NCBI GenBank assembly: GCA_013203475.1
Contig: JABMNV010000015.1
Coordinates: forward strand, 3,567-67,566
From: Acidobacteriota bacterium
Lineage (GTDB): Bacteria; Acidobacteriota; Vicinamibacteria; Vicinamibacterales; SCN-69-37
Direction: 5' to 3'
DNA length: 64,000 nt
The first letter of the stretch is position 1. Each line of letters begins with the position of its first letter. The position numbers were made by a program, and so were the translations under genes. Under the pieces are notes generated by a model, which saw only the letters and a program-made list of their open reading frames with translations, was not told the DNA's origin and searched no databases. This document shows positions 1-7,507 of the stretch, in pieces.

Positions 1-41
1 GGCCGAGGCCGCTGCGCTGATGGAGGCTGCGGCAAAGTAGG

Positions 42-1364
42 TTGTCCATGGACACTCTGACCGGCTGGGGCCGGCTGCCCGAGCTTGGTCGCGAGCAGGT
101 CGACGAACATTTCGAGTCGCTGACGCAGGGCGCGGTTCTTTCGCGAGGATTGGGTCGATCGTACGGCGACTCGTCTCTGCCGGCGAACCCGGCCGACAAA
201 GTCGTCAATTCCCGCCTCGCGAACCGCATCATCTCGTTCGATTCGGACACCGGCGTGTTGCGCGCCGAGGCGGGCCTCTCTCTGGTCGAACTCGTCGACC
301 TGCTGTTGCCGCGCGGCTGGTTCCCACCTGTGGTGCCAGGCACGAAGTTCGTCACGCTCGGCGGCATGGTCGCCAGTGACGTCCACGGCAAGAACCATCA
401 TCGTCAGGGCTGTTTCGGCGCCCATGTCAGGGCGCTCCGCCTTCGGTTGGCCGATGACCGCATCATCGAATGCTCATCAGACAGTGACGCCGATCTCTTT
501 TTCGGCTCCATCGGAGGGATGGGTCTGCTCGGTCACATCCTCGAAGTCGAATTCACGATGGTCCGTGTGCCTTCGCAATGGATTTGGATGGCGAGCGTCC
601 GTGTGCCCGACCTTGACGCCTTCCTCGCCGGGCTTGTCCGCACTGCTCCGAAGTGGCCGATGACGATGGGATGGATTGATTGCGTGCATCGTGGCCGGGC
701 GATGGGGCGCGGGGTACTGATGGCGGGGCGCTGGGCGACGCTCGAGGAGGCAAGACCGCAGGCGCCGACACCGCCCAGGCAAACAGTGATGCCGGTCGAG
801 TTGCCGAATTGGGTGCTCAGTGGGGCGACATCAGGACTGTTCAACGCCGCGTATTACTGGAGTCATGTCCGCAGGTCCGTCACCGGCACGATCGCACCCG
901 ATCCATTTTTTTTCCCGCTCGATGCGATCCTGGAGTGGAACAAAGCGTACGGTTCCAGAGGATTCACGCAATATCAATGTGTGGTGCCTCGGGCCTCCGG
1001 CCCGGCGGCCGTGCGCGAATTCATGGAGCGCCTGACCAAACTCGGTGCGGCATCGCCCCTGTGCGTCATCAAAGACTGCGGGCCACAAGGGATGGGGACG
1101 CTGTCGTTTCCACTCGAGGGAACGTCTATTGCGGTCGACATCCCCGTGTCGGCAGAGATCCAGCGCATCGTTGACGGGCTGAACGAGTTCATTATCGCCA
1201 CGGGCGGCCGGATCTATCTGACGAAGGACCGTTTCACGACCGCCGAACATTTCAGAGCGATGGAGCCTCGATTGGAGCGTTTCGAGCAGGCGCGTGCAAA
1301 GTGGGATCCGGCCCGTCGACTGCGGAGTGCGCAGTCGAGGCGATTATTTGGAGACAAGGCATGA
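42..1364 (+). CDS. FAD-linked oxidase, DprE1-like (polyprenyl-phospho-ribose 2'-oxidase family)
   Basis: 440-aa ORF. It carries LTGWGR, GLGRSYGDS and VTLGGMVASDVHGKNHH motifs and a C-terminal GGRIYLTKD, all characteristic of DprE1-type FAD oxidases. The track start is TTG at 42; ATG at 48 is an alternative. The stop overlaps the next gene (ATGA at 1361-1364). Confidence 0.85.
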   Translation: MSMDTLTGWGRLPELGREQVDEHFESLTQGAVLSRGLGRSYGDSSLPANPADKVVNSRLANRIISFDSDTGVLRAEAGLSLVELVDLLLPRGWFPPVVPGTKFVTLGGMVASDVHGKNHHRQGCFGAHVRALRLRLADDRIIECSSDSDADLFFGSIGGMGLLGHILEVEFTMVRVPSQWIWMASVRVPDLDAFLAGLVRTAPKWPMTMGWIDCVHRGRAMGRGVLMAGRWATLEEARPQAPTPPRQTVMPVELPNWVLSGATSGLFNAAYYWSHVRRSVTGTIAPDPFFFPLDAILEWNKAYGSRGFTQYQCVVPRASGPAAVREFMERLTKLGAASPLCVIKDCGPQGMGTLSFPLEGTSIAVDIPVSAEIQRIVDGLNEFIIATGGRIYLTKDRFTTAEHFRAMEPRLERFEQARAKWDPARRLRSAQSRRLFGDKA

Positions 1365-2101
1365 AGGCAGTGGTCTTGGGTGGCACGGCCGGCATCGGTC
1401 GTGCGGTAGCGCAGCGGTTGGCGACGCGCGGTGACAGGGTGTTCCTGCTGGGGCGCAACGCGGACGACCTCGAACGTAGCGCGGCGGACCTCACGGCGCG
1501 GCATCCGCACCAGGAGCGTGCGGGCTGGGCGCTGTGCGATCTGGATGACCCCGTCAGCTTTGGCGCCGCGTTGGATGCGGCCGATCGGGCCCTCGCCCAG
1601 TTCGACGCCGTCATCGTCACGGCCGCCATGTTTGCGACGCAGGACGCACTGGAATCGGATCCTGAGCTGACGCGGCGATTGACGACGACGAATTTCGCGA
1701 ACACGGTGACGTTCTGCGAGCACGCGCGGACGCGCCTCTTGGCGCGGGGCGGCGGCTGGTTGACCGTGGTCTCGTCAGTGGCCGGAGACCGGGGGCGCAA
1801 ACCCGTCGGCATCTATGGCGCGAGCAAGGCGGGCGTGTCCGCGTACCTCGAGGCACTGGACCACAAATACCGCGCGTCGGGCTTGTGGGCGTTGTGTGTG
1901 AAGCCTGGATTCGTCAAGACCGCCATGACCGCTGGTCTGAAGCCGCCCCCATTCGCTGGCGAACCCGACGGCGTCGCACGCGACATTGTGCATGCGATGG
2001 ACCGGAAACGTCCGCTTATCTACACCCCAGGCATCTGGCGGCTGGTGATGCTCGTGATCAAACACCTGCCGAGGGTGGTGATGAGGAAGATTGAGTTTTA
2101 G
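1361..2101 (+). CDS. Short-chain dehydrogenase/reductase, DprE2-like partner of the upstream oxidase
   Basis: Rossmann motif GGTAGIGRA and catalytic YGASK. The start is taken as ATG 1361, inside track ORF 1301..2101. A 4-nt overlap with the upstream gene implies translational coupling. Confidence 0.8.
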   Translation: MKAVVLGGTAGIGRAVAQRLATRGDRVFLLGRNADDLERSAADLTARHPHQERAGWALCDLDDPVSFGAALDAADRALAQFDAVIVTAAMFATQDALESDPELTRRLTTTNFANTVTFCEHARTRLLARGGGWLTVVSSVAGDRGRKPVGIYGASKAGVSAYLEALDHKYRASGLWALCVKPGFVKTAMTAGLKPPPFAGEPDGVARDIVHAMDRKRPLIYTPGIWRLVMLVIKHLPRVVMRKIEF

Positions 2102-2114
2102 GGGGCTGGGTGTA

Positions 2115-2142
2115 AGTGCTCGGTGCTGAGTGCTCGGTGCTC
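2115..2142. repeat. 14-nt tandem direct repeat x2 (AGTGCTCGGTGCTG / AGTGCTCGGTGCTC)
   Basis: Read directly in the 87-bp spacer between the SDR gene and the next gene. The second copy also forms the left arm of a 7-bp inverted repeat, GTGCTCG(2137-2143)/CGAGCAC(2159-2165). Confidence 0.8.
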
Positions 2143-2188
2143 GCGGTGATATCCTGATCGAGCACATGCGAACTGGTCGCAACCACCC

Positions 2189-3817
2189 ATGACCGTGCCA
2201 GCGCGCACTTGGCGTGTGCTCAATCTTGAGATGCGCCTGGACGAATCCGAGAGCCTGTTGCGGGAGCGGGCGGCATGGGCGGCGGGCATTGATCCAGAAC
2301 ACGTACGGGGGTGTCGCATCGCACGCCGGTCGGTGGATGCGCGGCGTCACGGCAAGACGCGGCGTCTGCGCTTCATTGTTCATGCCGACCTGGTTCTTGA
2401 CGCCGACTATTCCGGGATTCGATTCGACGCGGCCGTCAAGGCCGGCAAGCTCGTTGAGGCGCCCAAGGCAGGCAGTTTTGACGTTACTGACGGGGCCAGG
2501 AAGGGCACGCGCGTCGTTGTGGTGGGGTCGGGCCCCGCGGGCCTGTATGCCGCGCTGGTCCTGGCGCTCAATGGTGTTGGTGTCGACCTGATCGACCGAG
2601 GCGCAGAATTGAAGGAGCGCGGTAGGGACGTGGTGCGCTTTCACCGCACGAGGGTGCCCAACACCGAGTCCAACCTGTTGTTTGGCGAGGGGGGCGCGGG
2701 CACCTATTCAGACGGCAAGTTGTACACGCGTGTGGACGATCCGCTGGAGGTGCCGTGTCTTGAAACGCTCGTCGCCTGCGGAGCCAAACCCGATATTCTC
2801 TACGATTCACGCGCGCACATCGGCACGGATCGGCTGCACAAGATTCTGCCCGTTCTTCGCCAGAAGATGGAGGCACTCGGCGTACGTTTTCACTGGAACA
2901 CGCGCCTCGACGGCCTGGTCGTCGACTCCGGCGATGCCGATTCGGCGCGACGTGTGCGGGCCATCCGCACGTCTGAGGGCGAAATCCGCTGCGACGCCGT
3001 GCTGCTCGCGCTTGGCCATAGCGCGCGGGATAGCGTCCGCGCCCTGCATCAGCAGGGTGTACGCGTGGAAGCCAAACCGTTTCAACTGGGTGTGCGAATC
3101 GAACACCCGCAGGAGTTGATCACGCGCGGCCGCTATGGCGATGGGCCAGAGGCCGCGATGCTGGGCCCGGCCTCCTACAATTTGATTTGCAAGGCCGACG
3201 ACGGTGTGGCGGCCAGTTTCTCGTTCTGCATGTGTCCCGGTGGGACGATCGTCGCCAGCACGAACGCGCCCGGCCTGCTGTGCACCAACGGCATGAGTAA
3301 CTCGAGCCACTCGTCTCCGTGGGCCAACGCTGCGCTGGTCACCACCTTCGGCCCGAACGAATACGGTCCTGGCCCGTTTGCTGGCGTGGTGTTCCAGGAG
3401 AAGCTTGAACGACGTTTCTTTGAAGCCGGTGGCGCAGATTACACGGCGCCGGCACAGGCGGCCGATGACTTTCTCAAGGGGCAACTGACGAGCAAGCCTC
3501 GCCATTCAAGCTATACATTCGGCACTGCGCCTGGGCGCATTGATTCACTGTTGCCGCCTGTCGCCCGCAAGGCGATCGCCCGGGCGCTACTCAAGTACGA
3601 ACGGCAGATTTCCGGGTTTGCTTCCTCGGAAGGGTTGCTGGTCGGATTGGAGTCGCGCAGTTCGGGGCCGATCCGCCTGCCGCGTGGTCGCGAGACCTCT
3701 GTGGCTGAGGGTTTCGTCAACCTCTACCCCATGGGCGAAGGCGCGGGTTGTGCCGGCGGCATCATGAGCGCCGCCATCGATGGCGCGCGATGCGCGCTCC
3801 ACTACCTGCGCGGCTGA
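2189..3817 (+). CDS. Uncharacterised FAD-dependent dehydrogenase (COG2509-like)
   Basis: 542-aa ORF with the dinucleotide-binding motif VVVVGSGPAGLYAA and a C-terminal GEGAGCAGGIMSAAIDG typical of this family. Confidence 0.8.
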   Translation: MTVPARTWRVLNLEMRLDESESLLRERAAWAAGIDPEHVRGCRIARRSVDARRHGKTRRLRFIVHADLVLDADYSGIRFDAAVKAGKLVEAPKAGSFDVTDGARKGTRVVVVGSGPAGLYAALVLALNGVGVDLIDRGAELKERGRDVVRFHRTRVPNTESNLLFGEGGAGTYSDGKLYTRVDDPLEVPCLETLVACGAKPDILYDSRAHIGTDRLHKILPVLRQKMEALGVRFHWNTRLDGLVVDSGDADSARRVRAIRTSEGEIRCDAVLLALGHSARDSVRALHQQGVRVEAKPFQLGVRIEHPQELITRGRYGDGPEAAMLGPASYNLICKADDGVAASFSFCMCPGGTIVASTNAPGLLCTNGMSNSSHSSPWANAALVTTFGPNEYGPGPFAGVVFQEKLERRFFEAGGADYTAPAQAADDFLKGQLTSKPRHSSYTFGTAPGRIDSLLPPVARKAIARALLKYERQISGFASSEGLLVGLESRSSGPIRLPRGRETSVAEGFVNLYPMGEGAGCAGGIMSAAIDGARCALHYLRG

Positions 3818-3898
3818 GGATTACGCACGAAGGGTGTTTCGGCTGCCGATGCCCTCAGTCCGGTCGGCACTGTCCGTGGGTGCGCTGGTGGGCCTGCG

Positions 3899-4231
3899 TC
3901 AGGCGTGATCGAGAGGCGGTGGCTCAGCCCGCGACTTCGGTCTCGGGAGCGCCTTCACCTGCGGCTTCCGCCCGCGGGCGCGCAGCGCGTGCCACAGATC
4001 CCACTTGGCCTGAAGCGTCAACCAGATTTGGGCGTCCCAGCGGGTCAGCGCTTCGAAGAGCAGCGCGGTATCCGCACTGACGCCTCGACGGCCGTTCACG
4101 ATGGCGTTCAGACGCTGAAACGGAATGTTCATCCGCTTGGCCGCGTCAACCTGCGACACGCCGAGTGGCTCAAGAAATTCCTTCATCAGCATCTCGCCTG
4201 GATGCGTTGGTGGGCGATGTGTCGGCAGCAT
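3899..4231 (-). CDS. higA: HigA-family antitoxin (XRE-type HTH)
   Basis: HPGEMLMKEFLEPLGVSQVDAAKRMNIPFQRLNAIVNGRRGVSADTALLF is the classic HigA HTH core. The start is taken as ATG 4231 (internal Met of track ORF 3899..4336), 11 nt after the higB stop. Confidence 0.85.
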   Translation of the reverse strand: MLPTHRPPTHPGEMLMKEFLEPLGVSQVDAAKRMNIPFQRLNAIVNGRRGVSADTALLFEALTRWDAQIWLTLQAKWDLWHALRARGRKPQVKALPRPKSRAEPPPLDHA

Positions 4232-4242
4232 GGTCGCGTTCC

Positions 4243-4533
4243 TCAGTGGTAGTCCGTGCATCGGACGTCGAGAGTGTCCGTGCCCTCGAATCGAAACACA
4301 ATGCGATATTGGTCGTTGACTCGGATCGCGTGCCAACCGGATCGGTCGCCTGACAGCGCGTGCAGGCGATTGCCCGGTGGAATTTTGAGGGCCTCAAGGG
4401 TCGTCATCGAATCGATTTGATCCAGCTTGCGCCTCACTGTTGGCCACAGGTCTTTCGGGATTCGGCGTGCCATCTTGGTGTTCAGACCATTCCAGATGTC
4501 CCGGGTCGCATCGTCTGCGAGCGTCCGAATCAT
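4243..4533 (-). CDS. higB: HigB toxin (RelE/ParE superfamily, plasmid-maintenance killer type)
   Basis: 96 aa. PPGNRLHALSGDRSGWHAIRVNDQYRIVFRF...DYH matches the HigB signature. The toxin-first gene order is typical of higBA. Confidence 0.85.
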   Translation of the reverse strand: MIRTLADDATRDIWNGLNTKMARRIPKDLWPTVRRKLDQIDSMTTLEALKIPPGNRLHALSGDRSGWHAIRVNDQYRIVFRFEGTDTLDVRCTDYH

Positions 4534-4829
4534 TGGCTAGCACTGTAGCACACATAGCGTGCTAAACGTCGTTGCCACGGACTGTGTGGATCGCAGAAGT
4601 AGACTTGGACGTCGGTGGCGACGGTGAACGCGTGATGCGCGGCCAGTTCCAGCCTGCGGTCCCAGGTGAGCGAGGCCATCAGCCCACCCGGCAGCGTCTG
4701 GACGCGGCGCGCGAGTGCCTGCACAACGGTGGCCGTGTCCTTCCCGCGGAGGCGCACCAGCCAGCAGGTCCCCTCCCAATGCCCCTGGACGGCGCGGTCG
4801 TCGACCGCGGCGTGGCGCTCGCGACCCAC
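4530..4829 (-). mobile_element. IS30-family transposase remnant (C-terminal DDE region, truncated and internally shortened)
   Basis: DRAVQGHWEG ... SLTWDRRLELAAH ... VYFCDPHSPWQRR matches the IS30 catalytic-core pattern (GHWEGD / DNG.E / YF..P..PWQRG.NEN). The N-terminal half and the end of the protein are missing. No inverted repeats were recognised. Confidence 0.7.
4538..4564. promoter_or_regulatory. Putative higBA operator overlapping a -10-like element
   Basis: TAGCAC occurs at 4538-4543 and 4546-4551, with the inverted GTGCTA at 4559-4564 (TAGCAC-N7-GTGCTA). On the minus strand, TACAGT (4547->4542) lies 8 nt upstream of the higB ATG at 4533. Confidence 0.45.
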
Positions 4830-5005
4830 GGTCCTCCCGCTCTTTGATCAGGTGCTCCAGTCGATCGAGGCGACCATGCTCCGCATGGCAGAACCCGTCT
4901 GATCAGCCATCTCCCTCTGTATGGGCGCGGGACTCACAACGGGTCGCCGAGTTCAGCCAGGCGTTCCGGGATTGGCAAAGAGTCGCAGCGTAAAACATAG
5001 TGTGA

Positions 5006-5236
5006 CGCACGGTCAAGTCCATCACGCGCGTCGGCAATTCCCACGGTCTGATCTTCGATGCGGCCCTGCTCGAACGAGCGCGGCTCAAGGCCGGCGACGA
5101 AGTCAACGTCGAAGTGCACGACGGCGGCACAATCACGGTCACGCCTATTCGGCCCCGGCCTTCCCGCGAGGTCGTGTCACACGTTGTTCACAAGACGATG
5201 AAGGACTATGCGCGCACGATGAAGCAGTTGTCATGA
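5006..5236 (+). pseudogene. AbrB/MazE/SpoVT-type antitoxin (Phd-equivalent), lacking a usable in-frame start
   Basis: My own translation gives (R)TVKSITRVGNSHGLIFDAALLERARLKAGDEVNVEVHDGGTITVTPIRPRP... The frame opens after TGA 5003-5005 and has no ATG/GTG/TTG before the VGNS core. A GTG at 5002 lies in another frame, which is consistent with a 1-nt indel. The stop TGA 5234-5236 overlaps the downstream ATG (ATGA). Confidence 0.6.
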
Positions 5237-5397
5237 GCGTCGGTCCGGCTGATTGTGTCCACCTGACAACCGATGTCGTGCGCGAGATTCATCAGGTCGC
5301 GCTGCTCGAGTCGGCGGTGGCGGCGCCGCAGGCCTCGGTGGGCGGGCAGGCGCTTTATGCGGACCTCGTCGAAGTGGCCGCGGCGTCTCTCTGGTAG
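5233..5397 (+). pseudogene. Doc (Fic-family) toxin fragment
   Basis: MSVGPADCVHLTTDVVREIHQVA-LLESAVAAPQASVGGQALYADLVEVAAASLW* resembles the Doc N-terminus (LT..V..IH ... LLESA..RPQ ... LY.DL...AAA). It lacks the GG..G.RD segment and stops before the HxFx(D/N)GNKR Fic motif. Confidence 0.6.
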
Positions 5398-5420
5398 CGC
5401 CGTACTTCACCGACGTAGTG

Positions 5421-5804
5421 TCACCGTGTCAGCAATTCAACCAACCCCTGATCAGCCGCAGGCAGCTCGAGGGAGCGCAGGTCAGCTCGGCTGACCCACG
5501 CCATGTCCTGACCAAGCTGAGGAATAGGCTCATCAAGCAGAGTCACGCGCCGAAAGTGCAGTCGAACCGTCCGCTCAGCGTAGGCGTGTTCAACAGTGAA
5601 GACCTCCTCGCCCACTTCGCTTCGAGCGGCGAGTTCTTCTTCGAGTTCCCGTGCCAGACACTCTGCGTGCGACTCGCCCGGTTCACACTTGCCGCCGGGA
5701 AATTCCCATGTGCCCTCCAGGTGAGTGCCACGCAATCGTCGCGTCATCAGAAAGCGATTGTCGCGTTCGATCACGGCAGCGAGTACGACAACAACCGGAC
5801 TCAT
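5421..5804 (-). CDS. mutT: Nudix hydrolase, MutT-type (8-oxo-dGTP diphosphatase-like)
   Basis: 127 aa with an intact Nudix box, GGKCEPGESHAECLARELEEELA. The ATG at 5804 overlaps the upstream stop (ATGA). Confidence 0.85.
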   Translation of the reverse strand: MSPVVVVLAAVIERDNRFLMTRRLRGTHLEGTWEFPGGKCEPGESHAECLARELEEELAARSEVGEEVFTVEHAYAERTVRLHFRRVTLLDEPIPQLGQDMAWVSRADLRSLELPAADQGLVELLTR

Positions 5805-6604
5805 CGCACCTTCCTCAAACGCGGTTTCGACGCCGGTCGTCTTGTCGGCTTGAGCACCGTTAGGCAGCCTCTCTTCATGGGACAGGTCGGGCAGAGCGGC
5901 GCCCGGGCCGAGCAGACAGTGGCGCCAAAGTCCATCAGCGCCTGATTGAAGTCAAAGACGTGTTTGTGTGGAAGCATCGCTCTCGACAACTCCCAGAGCC
6001 GTTTGATCATTCGATGGCTCTTCGGTTCGCCTTTGCCGACGAAGATACGAAAGAGCACGCGTACGACGTTCGTATCGAGAATGGCCGCTCGCTGGCCGAA
6101 CGCAAAACTCATGACAGCCCCAGCGGTGTACTGGCCGATGCCCTTGAACGAAAGCAGCGTCTCCTCGTCGCTGGGCAACACGCCACCGTATCGCTCCACT
6201 GACTCGCGAGCGATGGTCTGGAGGCGGCGCGGACGAATGTTGTAGCCCAGCGGATACCAGGTCTTTACCACATCCGCTTCTTGCGCCTCGGCCAGAGTCT
6301 CGAGAGTCGGATAGCGCTCGAGCCACTCCTCGTACTTTGGCAGCACCCGATCGACCTGCGTCTGCTGCAGCATGACCTCCGACACGAGGATGTGGTACGG
6401 GTCGCGGGTGTTTCGCCACGGCAGGTCCCGACCGTTCGCGCGATACCAGGTGAGCAGCCGACGACGGAACCACTGGCGTTGAGCCGGAGAGGGCAGAGGT
6501 GGCGACCTTCTTTTCACGACGCTCACAGTCTCACACGTCCCACGATAAGGAGCGATTCCGCGGCGCCACGGTACGGCTTCGGAAGCCTCCACGATAAGAT
6601 GCAC
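5801..6604 (-). CDS. mutY: A/G-specific adenine DNA glycosylase core (MutY-type HhH-GPD with 4Fe-4S), no C-terminal Nudix-like domain
   Basis: LPWRNTRDPYHILVSEVMLQQTQV, FKGIGQYTAGAVMSFAF, ILDTNVVRV, and the Cys cluster CSARAPLCPTCPMKRGC. The start is uncertain: GTG 6604 (track) or in-frame GTG 6517 immediately after the 22-nt element. Confidence 0.85.
   Translation of the reverse strand: MHLIVEASEAVPWRRGIAPYRGTCETVSVVKRRSPPLPSPAQRQWFRRRLLTWYRANGRDLPWRNTRDPYHILVSEVMLQQTQVDRVLPKYEEWLERYPTLETLAEAQEADVVKTWYPLGYNIRPRRLQTIARESVERYGGVLPSDEETLLSFKGIGQYTAGAVMSFAFGQRAAILDTNVVRVLFRIFVGKGEPKSHRMIKRLWELSRAMLPHKHVFDFNQALMDFGATVCSARAPLCPTCPMKRGCLTVLKPTRRPASKPRLRKVR
6518..6539. repeat. 22-nt element copy A: GACGCTCACAGTCTCACACGTC
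   Basis: Exact match to 9024-9045. Internal structure is GACG-CTCACA-GT-CTCACA-CGTC. It is followed by CCACGATAAG (6540-6549), which recurs at 6589-6598. Confidence 0.85.
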
Positions 6605-6699
6605 CTGTGCCCAAGGTTCGCGACGCTCTCAGCGTCCAGTCGGCACCGAAGGCGACATAGCGAGGTTTGCCGAGCCGACCGCTGAGTTCGTGCAGGTCC

Positions 6700-7245
6700 T
6701 CAGTCGCGTTCTGGACCCCGCCTCCGTGCCTCGAGAAAGGCGATATCGTCGGCATCGCCAGGAACCGAGCGTGCCGCTGCGGCTGTTTTCTTCAGACGCA
6801 GCAGGTCATTTTCAGAAGCAATCAATAGCGATTGTCCGCGGATTGTTAGACGCGTCGCCTGTGCCGCCAGGTCGGCCGCCGGGACGGGAAAATCGAAGAG
6901 CAGGTCGACACGAAGGCCCGAGCGCACGTTGAAGAACGAGGCGCTGGCCGGCGCATCGAGGCGAAGTCTGACCGACGCGACGCGGCGGTTGTCAATCGTG
7001 GCGGTCACGCTGCCGCGCTCGTCGAGTCGCGAGACCAGTTCCAGCCCCTGGGTGTAGAACACCTCCACCACTGAATCGAGACGGTCTCCGGGGGCGGCGA
7101 CGACAAAGTCGAAGTCCTGCGTGACGCGTCTGGACCCCAGCACGACAAGGGCCATGCCACCGATCAGGACCGGCTCGAAGCCGAGGCCGCGCAGGTCGCA
7201 GAGGATTATGGCAACGCGGCTGAGATGGTCCGTCGGTTCAGCCAT
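6700..7245 (-). CDS. Minimal nucleotidyltransferase, AbiEii/MenT-like (putative toxin)
   Basis: 181 aa with a pol-beta-type NTase signature, LIGGMALVVLGSRRVTQDFDFVV, plus a third acidic site, RVDLLFDF. It is homologous by eye to the 8051..8647 product. The start overlaps the upstream small ORF by 8 nt. Confidence 0.7.
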   Translation of the reverse strand: MAEPTDHLSRVAIILCDLRGLGFEPVLIGGMALVVLGSRRVTQDFDFVVAAPGDRLDSVVEVFYTQGLELVSRLDERGSVTATIDNRRVASVRLRLDAPASASFFNVRSGLRVDLLFDFPVPAADLAAQATRLTIRGQSLLIASENDLLRLKKTAAAARSVPGDADDIAFLEARRRGPERD

Positions 7246-7507
7246 GGTCGGCCAGCGTCGACCGGTAGAGACCCGGCAAACGTGCGCGGCAGCCGCGCAG
7301 GCGCTTCACCAGAGGCGCGGGACGCAGTTCGTGAACGGCCGCCAGGTACTCGAAGTTGGCGGCAATCCGCCGGGCGGCCTGCAATGACTCGCGGCGCGCG
7401 TGCCCACCCAAAGAGGCAATGCGCGCTCTGTCGGTGGGCGCAAGCCGTTTGGCCCGAGACAGACCTCCCCGGCGACCCAACGCGCGAGCGAGGGCTGAAG
7501 GATCCAT
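7238..7507 (-). CDS. Small Arg/Gly-rich partner protein of the NTase (putative antitoxin)
   Basis: 90 aa starting at ATG 7507 (internal Met of track ORF 7238..7717), beginning MDPSALARALGRRGGLSRAKRLAPTDRARIASLGGHARR. TATAAT (7519->7514, minus strand) sits exactly 6 nt upstream of the ATG. The ORF overlaps the NTase start. Confidence 0.55.
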   Translation of the reverse strand: MDPSALARALGRRGGLSRAKRLAPTDRARIASLGGHARRESLQAARRIAANFEYLAAVHELRPAPLVKRLRGCRARLPGLYRSTLADHG

